64,000 nucleotides of DNA from positions 12,216,001 through 12,280,000 of the forward strand of contig OZ076409.1 of the NCBI GenBank assembly GCA_964187785.1, read 5' to 3'. The position numbers and the translations under genes are program-made. The stretch is from Amphiscolops sp. MND2022 (taxonomy: Eukaryota). Positions 12,473 to 25,155 of this stretch are shown one piece after another. Positions within the stretch are counted from its first letter, which is position 1. The number at the start of each line of letters is the position of its first letter. Under the pieces are notes generated by a model. That model did not search any database. It had not been told where the DNA came from and saw nothing but the letters and a program-made list of their open reading frames with translations.

Positions 12473-13498
12473 CTTTTAGCAAATTCCTCACTCGGAGCTG
12501 GAGAGACATCCTGTAGAACATTTTTTGTGATCTGTTGAAAACGAGATTCTTCACTGTCTTTCATTTTTGTACCCAATTCTGCTGTTTCTCCACATATTTT
12601 ATCGTGAGGTGTAATTTGTTCGTCTTTCGTAGAAAGTCCACGATCGACGCTTGCTTCAACGTTTGTTTGCACAGCTTCGAGTGAAACTTTTTCTGAGACT
12701 GGTTTCGGCAACACAGTCGTTGTGTCTTCTGCTTCACTTGCTTTGAGATAAGGTTGCGACAACCTTTTAGTCTGAGAAGCAGCAAGCTCTTCATTTCTAA
12801 CAGGAACTTCCTTTGTAAGTGGAACCTGTGATTTGCGTTGAGTTTCATACTTAGTTGTATCATCTACTTTTTCATGACGAACAGTTTCTCCGCTCTTCTT
12901 AGGCACAGAGATTCCACTATCAATTTCTTCGCTTGAATGCGACACAGTTTTCTTCTCTTCGAAACTTGGCGAAGGTTTCTTGTCTATTTGTGTGGTTTCA
13001 GATCCCGGAGACGCCGATTTCGCTTCTTCGACCCGTTTGGTCGGAACATCTGCTTCAGTATCGGAACATTCAAACTCGAAAACGCGTAGAGCCTGTTTTG
13101 TAGGAGCAAAAGGAGGAGGCTTTCTGGTAACGATTTGGGGAGGTTTCTTGACAACCACCTCATCCGATTTCCGTCTTTCAGGCATCGCCAAACCTAATGT
13201 CAAATCGGGAACACTTTTCTCAGGTTCAACGGGTGCCTTCTTTTCCACTTTTACATCACTTCCAGTTGGTTTTAGCTCAACTTCCGGGAAAGTTTCTCTT
13301 TTGGGAGCTTCTTTATCTTTGCTCTTGTCTTTCTCTGTAGTATCTTTTTCCTTGTCTTTGTCCTGGTTTTCTTTTTCCTTATCTTTCTCTTTGTCGCTTT
13401 CTTCTCTTCCGTAGACAACAGTTTTCTTTCTTCTTCTCGGCAGATTATCCTCAAAAACTTCCACTTTTGTGGTATCTGGACAGCAAAGCCTGCATTGC
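12473..13498 (-). CDS. PHF14: PHF14-like exon 11 (end of PHD, then Lys/Glu-rich low complexity)
   Basis: TTTTAG|G completes TGG (W-QCRLC); long open frame; AG|GTGAGG donor. Confidence 0.85.
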
Positions 13499-13742
13499 CT
13501 AAAACAAAAAAAAAACATCGAACCGAAAGTGCTTAAAAACATTCAAAGCTAAAAAACTCAGTAAAGAAACTTGACATATAAAAAAGTTACTAGTCAATCG
13601 ACAATTGAACTTGGATGAATACTTGCAATAGGGTCATCATTAAATCATTTCGGGGGTCAATTAAATCATTGAGGGGGGGTCATCATAAAATCAACCAAGA
13701 TCTCTTTGTCAGCTTGGTTCAAACTCTACTCGAAAAACCAAC

Positions 13743-14280
13743 CATAGCCACTTTTCTCCCTTTTTGGGCACCCGACTCAACGGCGGATCGAGACAGTTGA
13801 TGTGGAAGTGTTGCTTGCAAGAGTCGCACTGTATCAAAAGGTGCTGATTGTTTCTAAGCTTACAGATCTCGCATTTGTTCAACACGATGAACAGATTATC
13901 CTCATCTTTAGTTTTATCCGCTGATTTCTCACTCACGGCACCCGCGGATGCTTCTTTAGAGTGAGGACCCCCGTCTTCTGTTTCTTCTTTGGGTTTCACA
14001 GCGGAGCTCTTTTTGGCAGTGGGCTGTTTGCTGATTAGATCCAGGGTAGCAGTACACGTGATGGGTAGTGAGTATTCCAGGTTTGTTAGACCTCGAAGGT
14101 GTGACGTAGCGTCAATCATCTGATTCACTCGTTTGTCAATTACTTTCTGCATGTTGTCCACGATGTAAGTGATTTTGCGCAATTTCTTCTCCAGAAGTGC
14201 CAAGTCTTCCTTCAGTTGTTTGTTGCATCGCACGTTTTTCACGATTGAACTTTGCAGCTCTTTAAATCGTCTCTCGCGAT
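13743..14280 (-). CDS. PHF14: PHF14-like exon 10 (coiled coil and PHD finger)
   Basis: CEICKLRNNQHLLIQCDSCKQHFHINCLDPPLSRVPKK; phase 1 acceptor, phase 2 donor; finger completed by WQCRLC in the next exon. Confidence 0.9.
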
Positions 14281-15165
14281 CTGCAGAAGAAGATAGCCGT
14301 TGCCTATGCTTATATTTTCAAAGATTGAAACAATTTCCAAAACCAACTTGATGAAAGGATTGATGCAATTAAAGGTTTCGACGTCACCGTATTTAACTGA
14401 TTAAATCGATAACTACAAAATCGCACAATCGAGTTTTCTTCAATATATTTTTTCCAAGAATGTTTTTATCCGGCGCATTTTGTAGAAAAATGTACCTGAC
14501 TGTTACAATGACGCCACCAGTAGTTAGGATCGGAGCTTCCCAAGCAGGTGACCGTCGTGTCAAAGGGTTCCCCTTTGGGTTTTTCGGAACTGTGGGACTT
14601 TTGTTCAAGAAAATTTAATTTCACAAAAGGGTCCCCTTCAATTTCCCCCATGCTTAAACTTTTAAAAAGACGCTTTTTCAAGCCTAAAGATTTCCATTTT
14701 TGGATTTTTTCGCAATGTGCGACTTTTGGGAAAACTTTTCAAGACAAATATTTTTGATGTTTTCATTACGAGAAAAGTATTTCTGAGGCCGCAGGTCGCC
14801 CCTTCGGATATTTTACCATTCTGAAAGTTACAAAATTTCTAAACGCCATCCTGAGCATTTCAAAGAGACTATGAGCTTTTTGAGCCTTAAACGGGGCGCC
14901 GACTTTGGACGTTCCCGTCTTGATAGATATAACTACTACATCGAAGTAGAATGAGAGATGTCAGGATTTTTTTCAATTTGAACATATTGAATGTCGCTGA
15001 TAAGAACTTTTTTTTAAAAAAAAATCGTTAATTTATTTGCTACCCGGCGTTGTTTCCCTAAATTGTCAAAAAAAACAGTGAAAAATCTTAATTTTTGGCA
15101 CTGAACTCCAAATATATTAATAACATTTTAATAGAATTAAAATAAGATGATGAACAATGACGCAC

Positions 15166-15421
15166 CTTGAAAGTAAGCGACAAAATTGACGTTGAATGCA
15201 GGCTGTATGTGCCACTTGTTGGTGATGTTGACCGTGAATTCAGTTGGCACCCCGTCGCACAGTTTGCCGAGCACTTCGGCTTTTTTGGTCAGCTGCTTCG
15301 CGAGCGCAGGGCGAGTTGACATCAGCCGCGGAACGGGAGTGTCGGGATACCAGGCCTCCACCAACTTCCTCGACTCCAGATACTTCACACTCTCTTTCTC
15401 GAAGCACCTTTCAACCTTACC
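15166..15421 (-). CDS. PHF14: PHF14-like exon 9
   Basis: AWYPDTPVPRLMST...KKAEVLG...KWHIQPAFNVNFVAYF resembles the PHF14 linker; G|GTGCGT donor. Confidence 0.85.
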
Positions 15422-16711
15422 CTGCAACATTTACGGAATCCCAGCTTCTCATGTACAGACAAACACATATTATCAATATTATTTTCCGCCCACATATAAT
15501 GGGGGAGGAAAATCATAATCCGTGTTGCGTTTCTTTCCAAATCCTGCCAAATCTCCATCGTGACGATCTTCATCCACTTGACTATTTCACATCTACTAGT
15601 ATACGAAGAAAATTGCGTTTTACTAATAAACGAAGTAAATTGCGTTATTATATACGAAGTAAATTGCGTTTTACTGAGGAAGCCAAAATTCGAAAATATT
15701 GCGCTATTTCCGAATTTTTGAGGTTATATCCGAACTATATTGCATTTTAATAAGGAGGAGCGGAGGTTCGAGAAATTCGATCCCATTTGTACCAGCACGC
15801 TATGAACGAACGTTTGAGGTTATATTCGAAGTGAATTGTGTTTCACTAAAGAGGAAGCGTAGGTTCGAAAATATTGCGCAATATCCGAATTTTGACGTTA
15901 TATCCGAAGTAAATTGCGTTTTGCCATGGAGGTAAATTTTCGATTAGGCGTCTATTGTTAGTCAATTGAAGGCGGAAAATATCCCGGTGCATAGCGGGCA
16001 TCTTGTTATATTCTCAATTATGACGAAATGAAAAAGCAGGTTTTTTGAAGCTCTACGTGCTTTTGTATGCTGATGAAACCCTACTTTATAGTGAAACTGC
16101 TAAGGATATGCAAACAACGCTAGATTGATCAATCTTCAAGTTGCTGTTTGTACGCCCTTGGGCAACAAAAAATAATTCAATTCTTCATTCATTGTTCATT
16201 ATGATTTTTTGAAAATTAAAAAGACCGCGCGTACCGAAACCGGGATTTGGTGTAGAGAGATTTTGTGTCCACATTATAAGGAGGTCGTGTCAGCGAAAAA
16301 AGTTTGGGTGTCAGTACGCTGCAATTATTAGCAGGCTGTCAGTACTTATTTTTAATATTATTAGGAATTCACAGAATAGTGATACTCAATCTACTTTATT
16401 ACCATTCAGAACTTGAAAATACAACACAGTAGAAAATACATGACACAATTGGTATGATTTAACAAGTAATCTGAAGGAATCACTCCCAAACAAAAGTCCC
16501 TTAATGGCAGTAAGTTTGAAATAAAGTTCCAGAGATGAAGTTTTTTGGACGTTTTCACAACTACAGATTCCTGATTGAAAAAAAAACAGCAAATCTGCTA
16601 ATTTTCACAATTCCGAGCAAAAATCAAGAGATAGTAAATGAATCAATTTGCTAGTTCAGCGTTATTTTTAACGAAAGGCTAAAAAAAACTTATAACTGAA
16701 TAAATGGTCAT

Positions 16712-17110
16712 TAGAGCCTGGACCAGTTAACCGATTAATCGGTTATTATACATTAACCGGTTAAAAAAGTTCAATTGGTTGACGGAAAAAGTTGCGGAAA
16801 GTCGGAATTGAACGCCGCAGACTACAAGGAATAATACCCTTTGCACCGGTTAAATGTGATATTAGTTTTCTACATTTCGAGACAGGAAATACCAGTCCTG
16901 TTTCACAACGAGTTTTCAACTTTTTTGGACATGTTTGCATTTGAGAACCATACAACCATTTCTGAATTCGATAGGTAGTTGGAGTTAATAAGATACAATT
17001 CATCGCAATTCAACACGAATCAAAGTTTTTGGTAATTGAGATATCGGTTAACCGATTAATTTCAAGGATTAATCTGTTCAGAGAAAAAATCTCGACTGGT
17101 TTAGGCTCTA
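16712..17110. mobile_element. hAT-like MITE (older)
   Basis: TAGAGCCT...AGGCTCTA termini; 8-bp flanks ATGGTCAT/TTGGACAT (6 of 8 identical). Confidence 0.65.
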
Positions 17111-17317
17111 TTGGACATGAAATAAATATTGATTGTGGCAATGAAAGCCAATAAACCATCAATCGCTTTTAAACCTAGCGTCTTTCCCGAAAAAAACTGT
17201 TCATCAGTTGTGGCGAAGCCAACTCTTTAATCGGACTTATTTTCGAAAAATTACAACTCAACAACCACGGTTACCATGTCATAATGGATGTTAGTACGGC
17301 CAGAGCCGCATGTGCGG

Positions 17318-17680
17318 TAGAGGTGCACCGGACAGGAAAATTTCCGTCCGGCCGGACATGACTGATTGAAGCCGGATACCGGCCGGACCGAACATTATCC
17401 TCAAATGTAAGCGATGAAGGGCTGTTTTCAGAATTGGGCAACGAGGATTACGAAAAACGAAGCAGGCTTTTACCACAAAGCGGTGAAAAATATTTTCCCT
17501 CCGCTATAATTTGATGGATTTTGATTCACAGTCACCAATTCAATTTTTCGAGGCAAATTCACTTTTTCTCAGTTAGATATTCCGATTATTTAAGATTATT
17601 AGTTTAAGATAATATCCGGCCGGACATTGTAAAAAGTCCGGCCGGATACCGGACCGGAATTGTTGTCCGGTACACCTCTA
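17318..17680. mobile_element. hAT-like MITE
   Basis: TIR TAGAGGTG(C/T)ACCGGACA; exact 8-bp TSD ATGTGCGG; inserted in a HINE family 4 terminal hairpin. Confidence 0.88.
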
Positions 17681-20011
17681 ATGTGCGGTAAAGGAGTCGC
17701 AAACGGATTAAAATATTGAATAACAAATTACGTACTTTATTGTCAATTCGTCATTTTTAGTCGGCGTTTTCGAAGAAAAAGCACGACTCTTACAGTGGCT
17801 AGTTTTTTTTCGTCAGTTCAACGCGATCGGTCCACTTTTTCATTACAGTGCATAGGCAAGCTATTTTGCTGCTTGTCGTGGAATCCGGGACACGAAAATT
17901 CCGCTGCTTGTCCGTGGAATGCTTGTTTGTGGAATCCGGGACATATGACGTAATTTGCCAATTTTGCACAGTTAAAGGTATGGTCGTGGAATCCGAGGTA
18001 TTGAAAGCACCAAGTTGCGCTTTGAGCAAATTAAGCTTGCCTATGCACTCTAATGTTTGTTCGTTTGTTCAACTTCTTGGCCGAGAGGTTAAGCCGGATT
18101 TTCTGGGGTCTGAGAAACAGGAGAGCGTGGATTCGAGCCTCGCACTAAACCACAAATTTTTTATGCTTCCAAAAGTAGGGGGAGACCAAAGGCGGTTTTT
18201 TTCGGCACTATACATTTTTCCGAAAATTTTTGAATTCTATCAAAGGGTACCTTGAATTTTTTGGAAGTTTTCGGTTTGTAAAAAAAACGTTTAATAAGCC
18301 TAAAGGGTCTCTTTTTGGGTTTTTCGGCAATATGCGACTTTTTTACCAAATACTTTTTTTTGAAAAAAAAATTCCAATGTTTTTCCAATTGTTGTTCCTT
18401 GAAGATTTTTGAGCCTTAGATATGAAGCCGACTTGGGTCGTTTCCGGCTTGTTTGGACTAAATTTGGCTACGTTTCTCAGACTCCAGTCCTACGATTTTG
18501 ATGTCATTGCGCACGCATGAGCACCTTTGGGTGTAGAATCAGTGTGCTAAAGTTTATTTTAAAAATCGTTCGTGTGGACAGTTTTCGAAGAACTGAAAAT
18601 TTCTTTGAAAGGTCAGGAGAAAGGTACGAGTGCATGAGTAGCAGTGTATTGTACACGATATACGATTATACGAAAATTATACGAAATCCACAATTTGTTA
18701 TACGAACTACACATTATACGAAGATGCCATTATTACACGAGTTATATGAAGAGTCTCTTTTCAGCCATTTTGCGTCGACTTTCTCATAACGGGCTAAAGT
18801 CTTTGGAAATTATGAATAAATAAATAAATTTTTATAAATCATAAAATAGGCCCCTCCGGGGCACATTACTATTTCTGCTTTAATCTTTCATTAATATTAC
18901 TACACTGCTTTGTTTTAAAACCAAGATGATTTTGTTTTTAATAACAAAGGTATAATTCAGTGTTTCTTTAATAATAGAATCATATCTGGAATACCAATAC
19001 AGTGTTTAATCATTATTTAGCGCACAATTAATCACTGTACAAGTTTACAACGCCTTTAATTCTTCTCGGACTAAAGAAAATACAAGCCGGGAACGGTCCA
19101 AGTCGGCTCAAAAATAGCAAAAGGACTTCAAAGTGTCAAAGTATTCTCTTCTAAAGCACCCGCACGAGATAAAATTGAAAAAAAAATCGAATTTTTTTGA
19201 AGTCTCCGGTAAGTCGCATAGCCGAAAAATGTAAAAAGGGGGACCCTTTGGGATTTTTTGAACGTCCATTCTGTTGCAAAATATCAAAAAAAAATTGAAG
19301 CGAGGACCCTTTGGAGACATTAAAAAAATTTGCGAAAAAAACTCTCACAAAGCAGAAGTTACATGCACAAAAAAATTGGTCAAGGGTGAGACTTGAACCC
19401 ACGTCCTTCTGCTTGGCAGACATCAAAAACTATCCTAACTAACCTCTATGCTAAGTGGCAGTAGAAGTTACAAGTGTGGCAGTTAGTGGACGCAGCGTAT
19501 AAAGCTTATGAAATCTATCACTTCGTTGGTCTTAAAAAAGTCACTACTATAGTCTGCGTTTTTCTACGAAAAGCGCCGACTAATAACTACTAAGCGTTGA
19601 CGAAGTTTCGCATTCGCATTTGAATGCAGGCGAAGCTCTCTGAGAACGAATAATTAACACTCATTCGCTTCATCTCAAGTAGACATCTCAAGTAGACAAC
19701 AAAAAAAGTACACATCTTGAGATTTCAATAATATTCCTGCTATTGCAGAAATAATAAAAATGGTAAAAGGCTAAAATCCTAAAACGGATACGGTGGGCTA
19801 TTACAATCCTTTTTTTGAAGCAAATAACACTAGGAAAGCGATTCAAAAATTGTGCCCCATGCCTCTATACGATATAAGAGGCCAATTATACGAAATACAA
19901 TATACGAAAACTTCGATTATAGGTTATACGAGGAACTCAATATACGACAATACACTGATGAGTAGTCGAAAATTTCTTTTCCGATTCCCAAAAAAACTCA
20001 GAAATACGAAC

Positions 20012-20173
20012 TGTCATAGTCGATTCGAAGCTTGAAACTTGTTTCTGCAACAAATTGTAGGTCCTCTGTCGCTGTTTCACAGTGTCTGGGTCTGAGTGCA
20101 ATTTGCAGTACGAAAAGAAGTTGAAGGAAAGAGACGGACTCTCAGCTGCCAAATCTCCCGTTTTGCCACCTTC
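20012..20173 (-). CDS. PHF14: PHF14-like exon 8 (FFSYCKLH, end of ePHD)
   Basis: Pyrimidine tract plus CCAG| acceptor; FFSYCKLHSD resembles PHF14 FFAYCKQHAD; exact donor uncertain. Confidence 0.75.
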
Positions 20174-20254
20174 CTGGACAAGAAGAAGAGACGTTGCGGG
20201 ATCGTTCAAAACCTTCAGTCAATTCAGTTAATCACCAAAACGCGGAATACAAAC

Positions 20255-20294
20255 CCGTAATTCTGCCTCTGCTAAGAAACCCATTTTCTGACCA
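20255..20294 (-). CDS. PHF14: PHF14-like micro-exon 7 (40 nt, CGQKMGFLAEAELR)
   Basis: TTTCAG| acceptor, CGG|GTTTGT donor; aligns to PHF14 CAQKEGLLSEA; phases fit on both sides. Confidence 0.8.
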
Positions 20295-20378
20295 CTGAAA
20301 CAAATATAAAACAATATTTCCCCAAATGAAAAAATATTAGTTGTTGAAAGACAAACAGTTCGAAAAGCGATAAGTTAC

Positions 20379-20548
20379 CAAGAAGCGTGGTAGTAAGTCT
20401 TGCACAAGCCAGCGTCGCACTGCAAAGCAATTCCAGACCTAGCGAATCTGGTGTCGTCACAAAATGCGCAAATCTTGGCACCCCAAAACTGAGAGGGAAC
20501 CAACTGCAGACACGCATTCTCTAGGCGCTCCAATTCACCATATGATAC
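20379..20548 (-). CDS. PHF14: PHF14-like exon 6 (ePHD)
   Basis: Manual translation VSYGELERLE...GAKICAFCDDTRFARSGIALQCDAGLCKTYYHASC matches the PHF14 CxxC..RFARTG..CDAGMC..FHVTC pattern. Confidence 0.9.
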
Positions 20549-21827
20549 CTAGTAAGGTTTAAAAATGGGTAAATCGATATTCATTCAAGAATGATGCAGA
20601 TACGCATAATATGAAATGGAAAAGATTTAAAAGACCAATCTACTTGGTCTAGAAGAACAGTAGTGGATGTTATAGTTTTAATTAACAAGACTCCCGCTGA
20701 GCACCGGGATATTTTCTGTCCAGAATTACTTTAGCGACAACATTTTTAAGGCTACAGCGTAGGCAATAAACTACGACCTTGCAGAGAAATTCGGAAGACC
20801 TTTTTCGGTCATTTCATTATAAAAACTGCATAATGTTCCAAACAAAAGTCTGCTAAGTAGCTTATTGATTTGTTCTTCAACTTTGATCTTCATGGCAACG
20901 AAAACATCTAAAAATTGAACAAAAATTGCAAAAAACAGTAAAATGTTTCGGGCCTTCGGGACATTTTTAGTCGGCGCTTTTTGTAAGACACATACCAACT
21001 GATAGATTTATAAACTTGCATCAAAGAAAAGCAGAACCACACTGGATAAAGTTTTTTTTTCATTTTGCAATGCTAGACTAGGTCAAAACGATTTTACCAA
21101 AACACTTTCGGAAATTTGAGTTTTGATGTTTTTGGTTTTGGAAATGCGTTTTTCGAAAATCCTCTCCGAAGGAAATTTTTTGGTATTTGAATTCTGTGGA
21201 ACAACCTCTATAAACTTTGGAATAAAATTGAAACATGGTAAGTTGACCAAAAACGCGGCTCAGTTGGATTTCTTTCCAACACGTGAAATGGGGACGGGAA
21301 ATTATAAATATATAAATAAGATTGTAATCTTTGCAACTTTTAGGTGACCTGATTGGAAAAACTACATCAACAAAAACGTTTGTAACAAGAGCCGCACGGA
21401 TTGAAATATTGAACAAATTACCTACTTTATTGTCATTTGGTCATTTTTGGCAATGTTTCTCAGTTCCCAGTTTTACGAAATTGAAGTCATTGCACACATA
21501 GGACCCTAATACGGCGAAGAATGGTGCAAAAAATTTCGTTCGAATCATATGGAGAGTTTTCGATTTTCTCACAAACTGTCCAAAAATGACAGTTTTTTGG
21601 TCATTTTTGGGCTAACTTTGGTTATGTTTCTCAGATCCCAGTCGTACGATTTTGACACTATGGTACACACAGGAGCACCTTTGGGTGTAGAATGATTGTG
21701 CTAAATTATATAAAAATGGTTCGTATGGACAGCTTTTGAAGAATTGAAATTTTATTTGAAAGGTCGGGAGAAAGAAAGAAGGTACGATTGCATAAGTAGT
21801 CGAAAAAAACTCGGAAAGTTTACTGAC

Positions 21828-22169
21828 GGGGTGAATATACAGGCCACAGATGACGTGTATCCAATTGTTGTCGTCTGTCTGCCTGTAGATGCCCCCCACA
21901 CTGGGACACAGCTCGCAGTCGGGGGGAGAGGAGAGGCCAGCGAGACACACGGCACAGAACCAGGGCTCGGTCTCGCTGCCATCGCTGGACTCCGACTGGG
22001 TGTCCGTGTCCAGGCCAGAGGAGGGGTCCCCGTAGCACCCCTCGTGCACCGATACGCCACACCTGTCACACTGCACTATGTAGTCGTCTAACTCGCCTTC
22101 GGTGAGGAGACATACGGCACAGATGAGGTGGTTGGCTCGGTTCTTGTCTTGCTCTGATTGCTGACCGAA
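21828..22169 (-). CDS. PHF14: PHF14-like exon 5: PHD finger 1 and start of ePHD (PZP module)
   Basis: CAVC...CDRCGVSVHEGCYG...EPWFCAVC...CELCPSVGGIYRQTDDNNWIHVICGLY; TGCAG| acceptor, CCC|GTCAGT donor. Confidence 0.9.
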
Positions 22170-24571
22170 CTGCAAAGTAATCAAATACTCAAAAAAAATA
22201 TTGAACAAAAAAAAGTTGAACAAGACGGGAACGTCCAAAGAAAGTCGACGCTATATGTAAGGCTCGAAAAGCGCAGTTTTAAAATATGCGTAGGACGTTT
22301 TCATGAACACTTTTGCCTCCTCCTTAGTAAAGCGCAATATACTTCGGATAGAATATCAAAAATTCGGATATAGCGCTTTACTCCCGATATTACGTCAGAA
22401 ATTCGAATAGTATTGAAAAAAATATATTTGTGGGTATATATTGAGAAAACCTGATTTCAGACGAAAAATGAGAATTTTGATACAGTCTCACAGTGGCGAA
22501 AAATGTAAAAGGGGAGACCCTTTGGGCCTTTTGAAAATCCAGTTGGTTGCAAAATATCAAAAAAATGAAGCCTTCATTTTTTTTGATATTTTGCAACCAA
22601 CTGGATTTTCAAAAGGCCCAAAGGGTCTCCCCTTTTACATTTTTCGCCACTGTGAGACTGTATCAAAATTCTCATTTTTCGTCTGAAATCAGGTTTTCAA
22701 TTCACCAATACTTTGACATTTTGAATTCCTTTTGCTATTTTTGAGCCTTAGATATGGCGCCCACTTGGGCCGTTCCCGGCTTGTTATTTGATTCCATTGA
22801 TTGTGCCGCCTTTTATTGTATTTTTATATTGATTATTAATTCATCATTTTCAGTCGGCTCTTAAGACAAGTGCCCGACTATTACAGTGGCTAGTTTTTTT
22901 TCGTCAGACCACAGAGCTCACCCTGTATGTACCACTTTTTGGTACAGACTTTATTCGGTTTAGGGGCAGCGGTCACAGATTCGAGTCCCTGCTTTAACCA
23001 GAAACTTTTTCGAGCATTTGCGAAAGCGGACGAGACTAAAGGGTCCCCCTCAGGACTGGTTAAAGCAGGGACTCGAATCTGTGACCGCTGCCCCTAAACC
23101 GAATAAAGTCTGTACCAAAAAGTGGTACATACAGGGTGAGCTCTGTGGTCTGACGAAAAAAAACTCCAGAAAAAATGAAGGCGGAACCTTTACGGAAATT
23201 TTTTGTCTAAAAGAAGTCGCACTATGTCGAAATAATGAAAAAACAAATGAGAAAAAAAATTTACCGAATTTTTTTCGAAATTTTTCGAAGTCTCCGGTAA
23301 GTCTCCGGATTTTTTGAACGTCCATTCTGTTGCAAAATATCAAAAAAATTGAAGGGAGGACCCTCTGGAGACATTAAAAAAAATTGCGAAAAAAAGTCTC
23401 ACAAAGCCGAAATTACATGCACAAAAAATGGTCAAGGGTGAGACTCGAACCCAGGTCCTTCTGCTTAGCAGACATCAAAAACTATCCTAATTAACCTCTA
23501 TGCTAAGTGGCAGTAGAAGTTACAAGTGTGGCAGTTGGTGGACGCAGCTTATATAGCTTATGAAATCTGTCACTTCGTTGGTCTAAAAAAGTCGGCGCCA
23601 TATCTAAGGCTCAACAATAGCAAAAGGACTTCAAAGTGTCAAGTATTCTCTTCTACAGTACCCGCATGAGGAAAAAATTGAAAAATCGAATTTTTTTCAA
23701 AATTTTTTTTGGTCTCCCGATAAGTCGCATAGTACCGAAAAATGTAAACGGGGACCTCAAAAAAGCCTAATTAACCTCTATCTCAAGTGCCAGTAGAAGT
23801 AGTGTGGCATTTAGTGTTAGTTCAAGTCAGCTTATAAAATCTGTCACTTCGTTTGGCTTTAAAAAGACTACTATAGTCTGCGTTTTTCTACGAAAAGCGC
23901 CGACTAAAAAGTTGAAGGGGGACCCTTTGGTGAAATTTTTTTTCGAAAAAAAGTCTCACAGAGCCGAAAATACTCTAAGGGAGTACCTTTTGGCCCTTGG
24001 ACCCGTTGAGTTTCTTAGATGTAAAAATACTTCGCAAGCTTTTGGAAAAGTAAAAGTACTTCGCAAGCAAGAATTCATGACTCATGAAAATTGTAAGAAA
24101 AGCGGACCATTCAGAGTGAGATTGTAGGCTGAAAAAAACTACCCACTGTAATAAACGGGCTTTTTTTCCTTAAGGGAAAAAGCGCCGACTAAAAATACTA
24201 TGTTAACCGCGTATGTGGGAGAATTCTCCCTTGGATCCCGTCTAGAAGGGGCATTTCCAAAAGAGTATTCGTTCGGTTTGGGTGTTACTGAGGAATTTCC
24301 CTTCCTCGAGAGGTTAGAGAAAATACTCGAAAATAATTATTAAATTAACACCAACCAGACAAATTTGTACCAAAAAAGTCGCCAATGAAACGAACCCATA
24401 ACGACATTAATTGTCTACTTTTTCAAGAAAAATTCAATTAAATCCACTCATAACAAGACGGGAACGTCTAAAGTCGGCGCCATATCCAAGGCTCAACAAG
24501 CGCAAAGTTTTTAAAATTAAAGAAGGGGGACTCTTTGGGCTTTTTGAAAATCCAGTTTGTTGCAAAATATC

Positions 24572-25155
24572 AACCAGAGCCGCATATGCGGTAAAGGAGT
24601 CGGCTTAGGTCTTTTTCCTTCTGACTGGCTCCAATCCCAGTCATACCTATTTATTGGAATTGCATATATAGGACCATACTATGGTGCAGAAAATGACTGT
24701 AGAAATTTTCGGTCGAATCGATTGAACAGTTTTAGCAAAAATAAAAAAAAATCGAAAAATGACTGTTTTTTTGGCCATTTTTGGGTTAATTTAGGCTATG
24801 TTTCTCACATCCCAGCAATACGAGTTTGATGAAATTACACACAAAGGACAATCATATGGAGTAGAATAACTGTAGAAAATTTCGTTCGAATCGTATGGAC
24901 AGTTTTTGAGAAAATCGAAAAAAGTCGAAAAATTGCTGTTTTTGGGCTAATTTTGGTCATTTTTGGGCTACTTTTGGCTATGTTTCTCACATTCCAGTCA
25001 TACGATTTTGATGTCTTTGTGCACGCAGGGGCCCCTTTGGGTGTAGAATGATTGTGCAAAATTTAGTGAAAATCGTATGGACAGTTTTTGAGAAATTTGA
25101 AATTTTCATGGAAAGGTCGGGAGAAAAAAAACAACACGATTCCGACTCCTAAAAA
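24572..25155 (-). mobile_element. HINE family 4 with internal tandem repeats
   Basis: subTIR AGGAGTCGG/CCGACTCCT, terminal hairpin CCGCATATGCGG; related pieces near 17299, 18460 and 21385. Confidence 0.6.
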
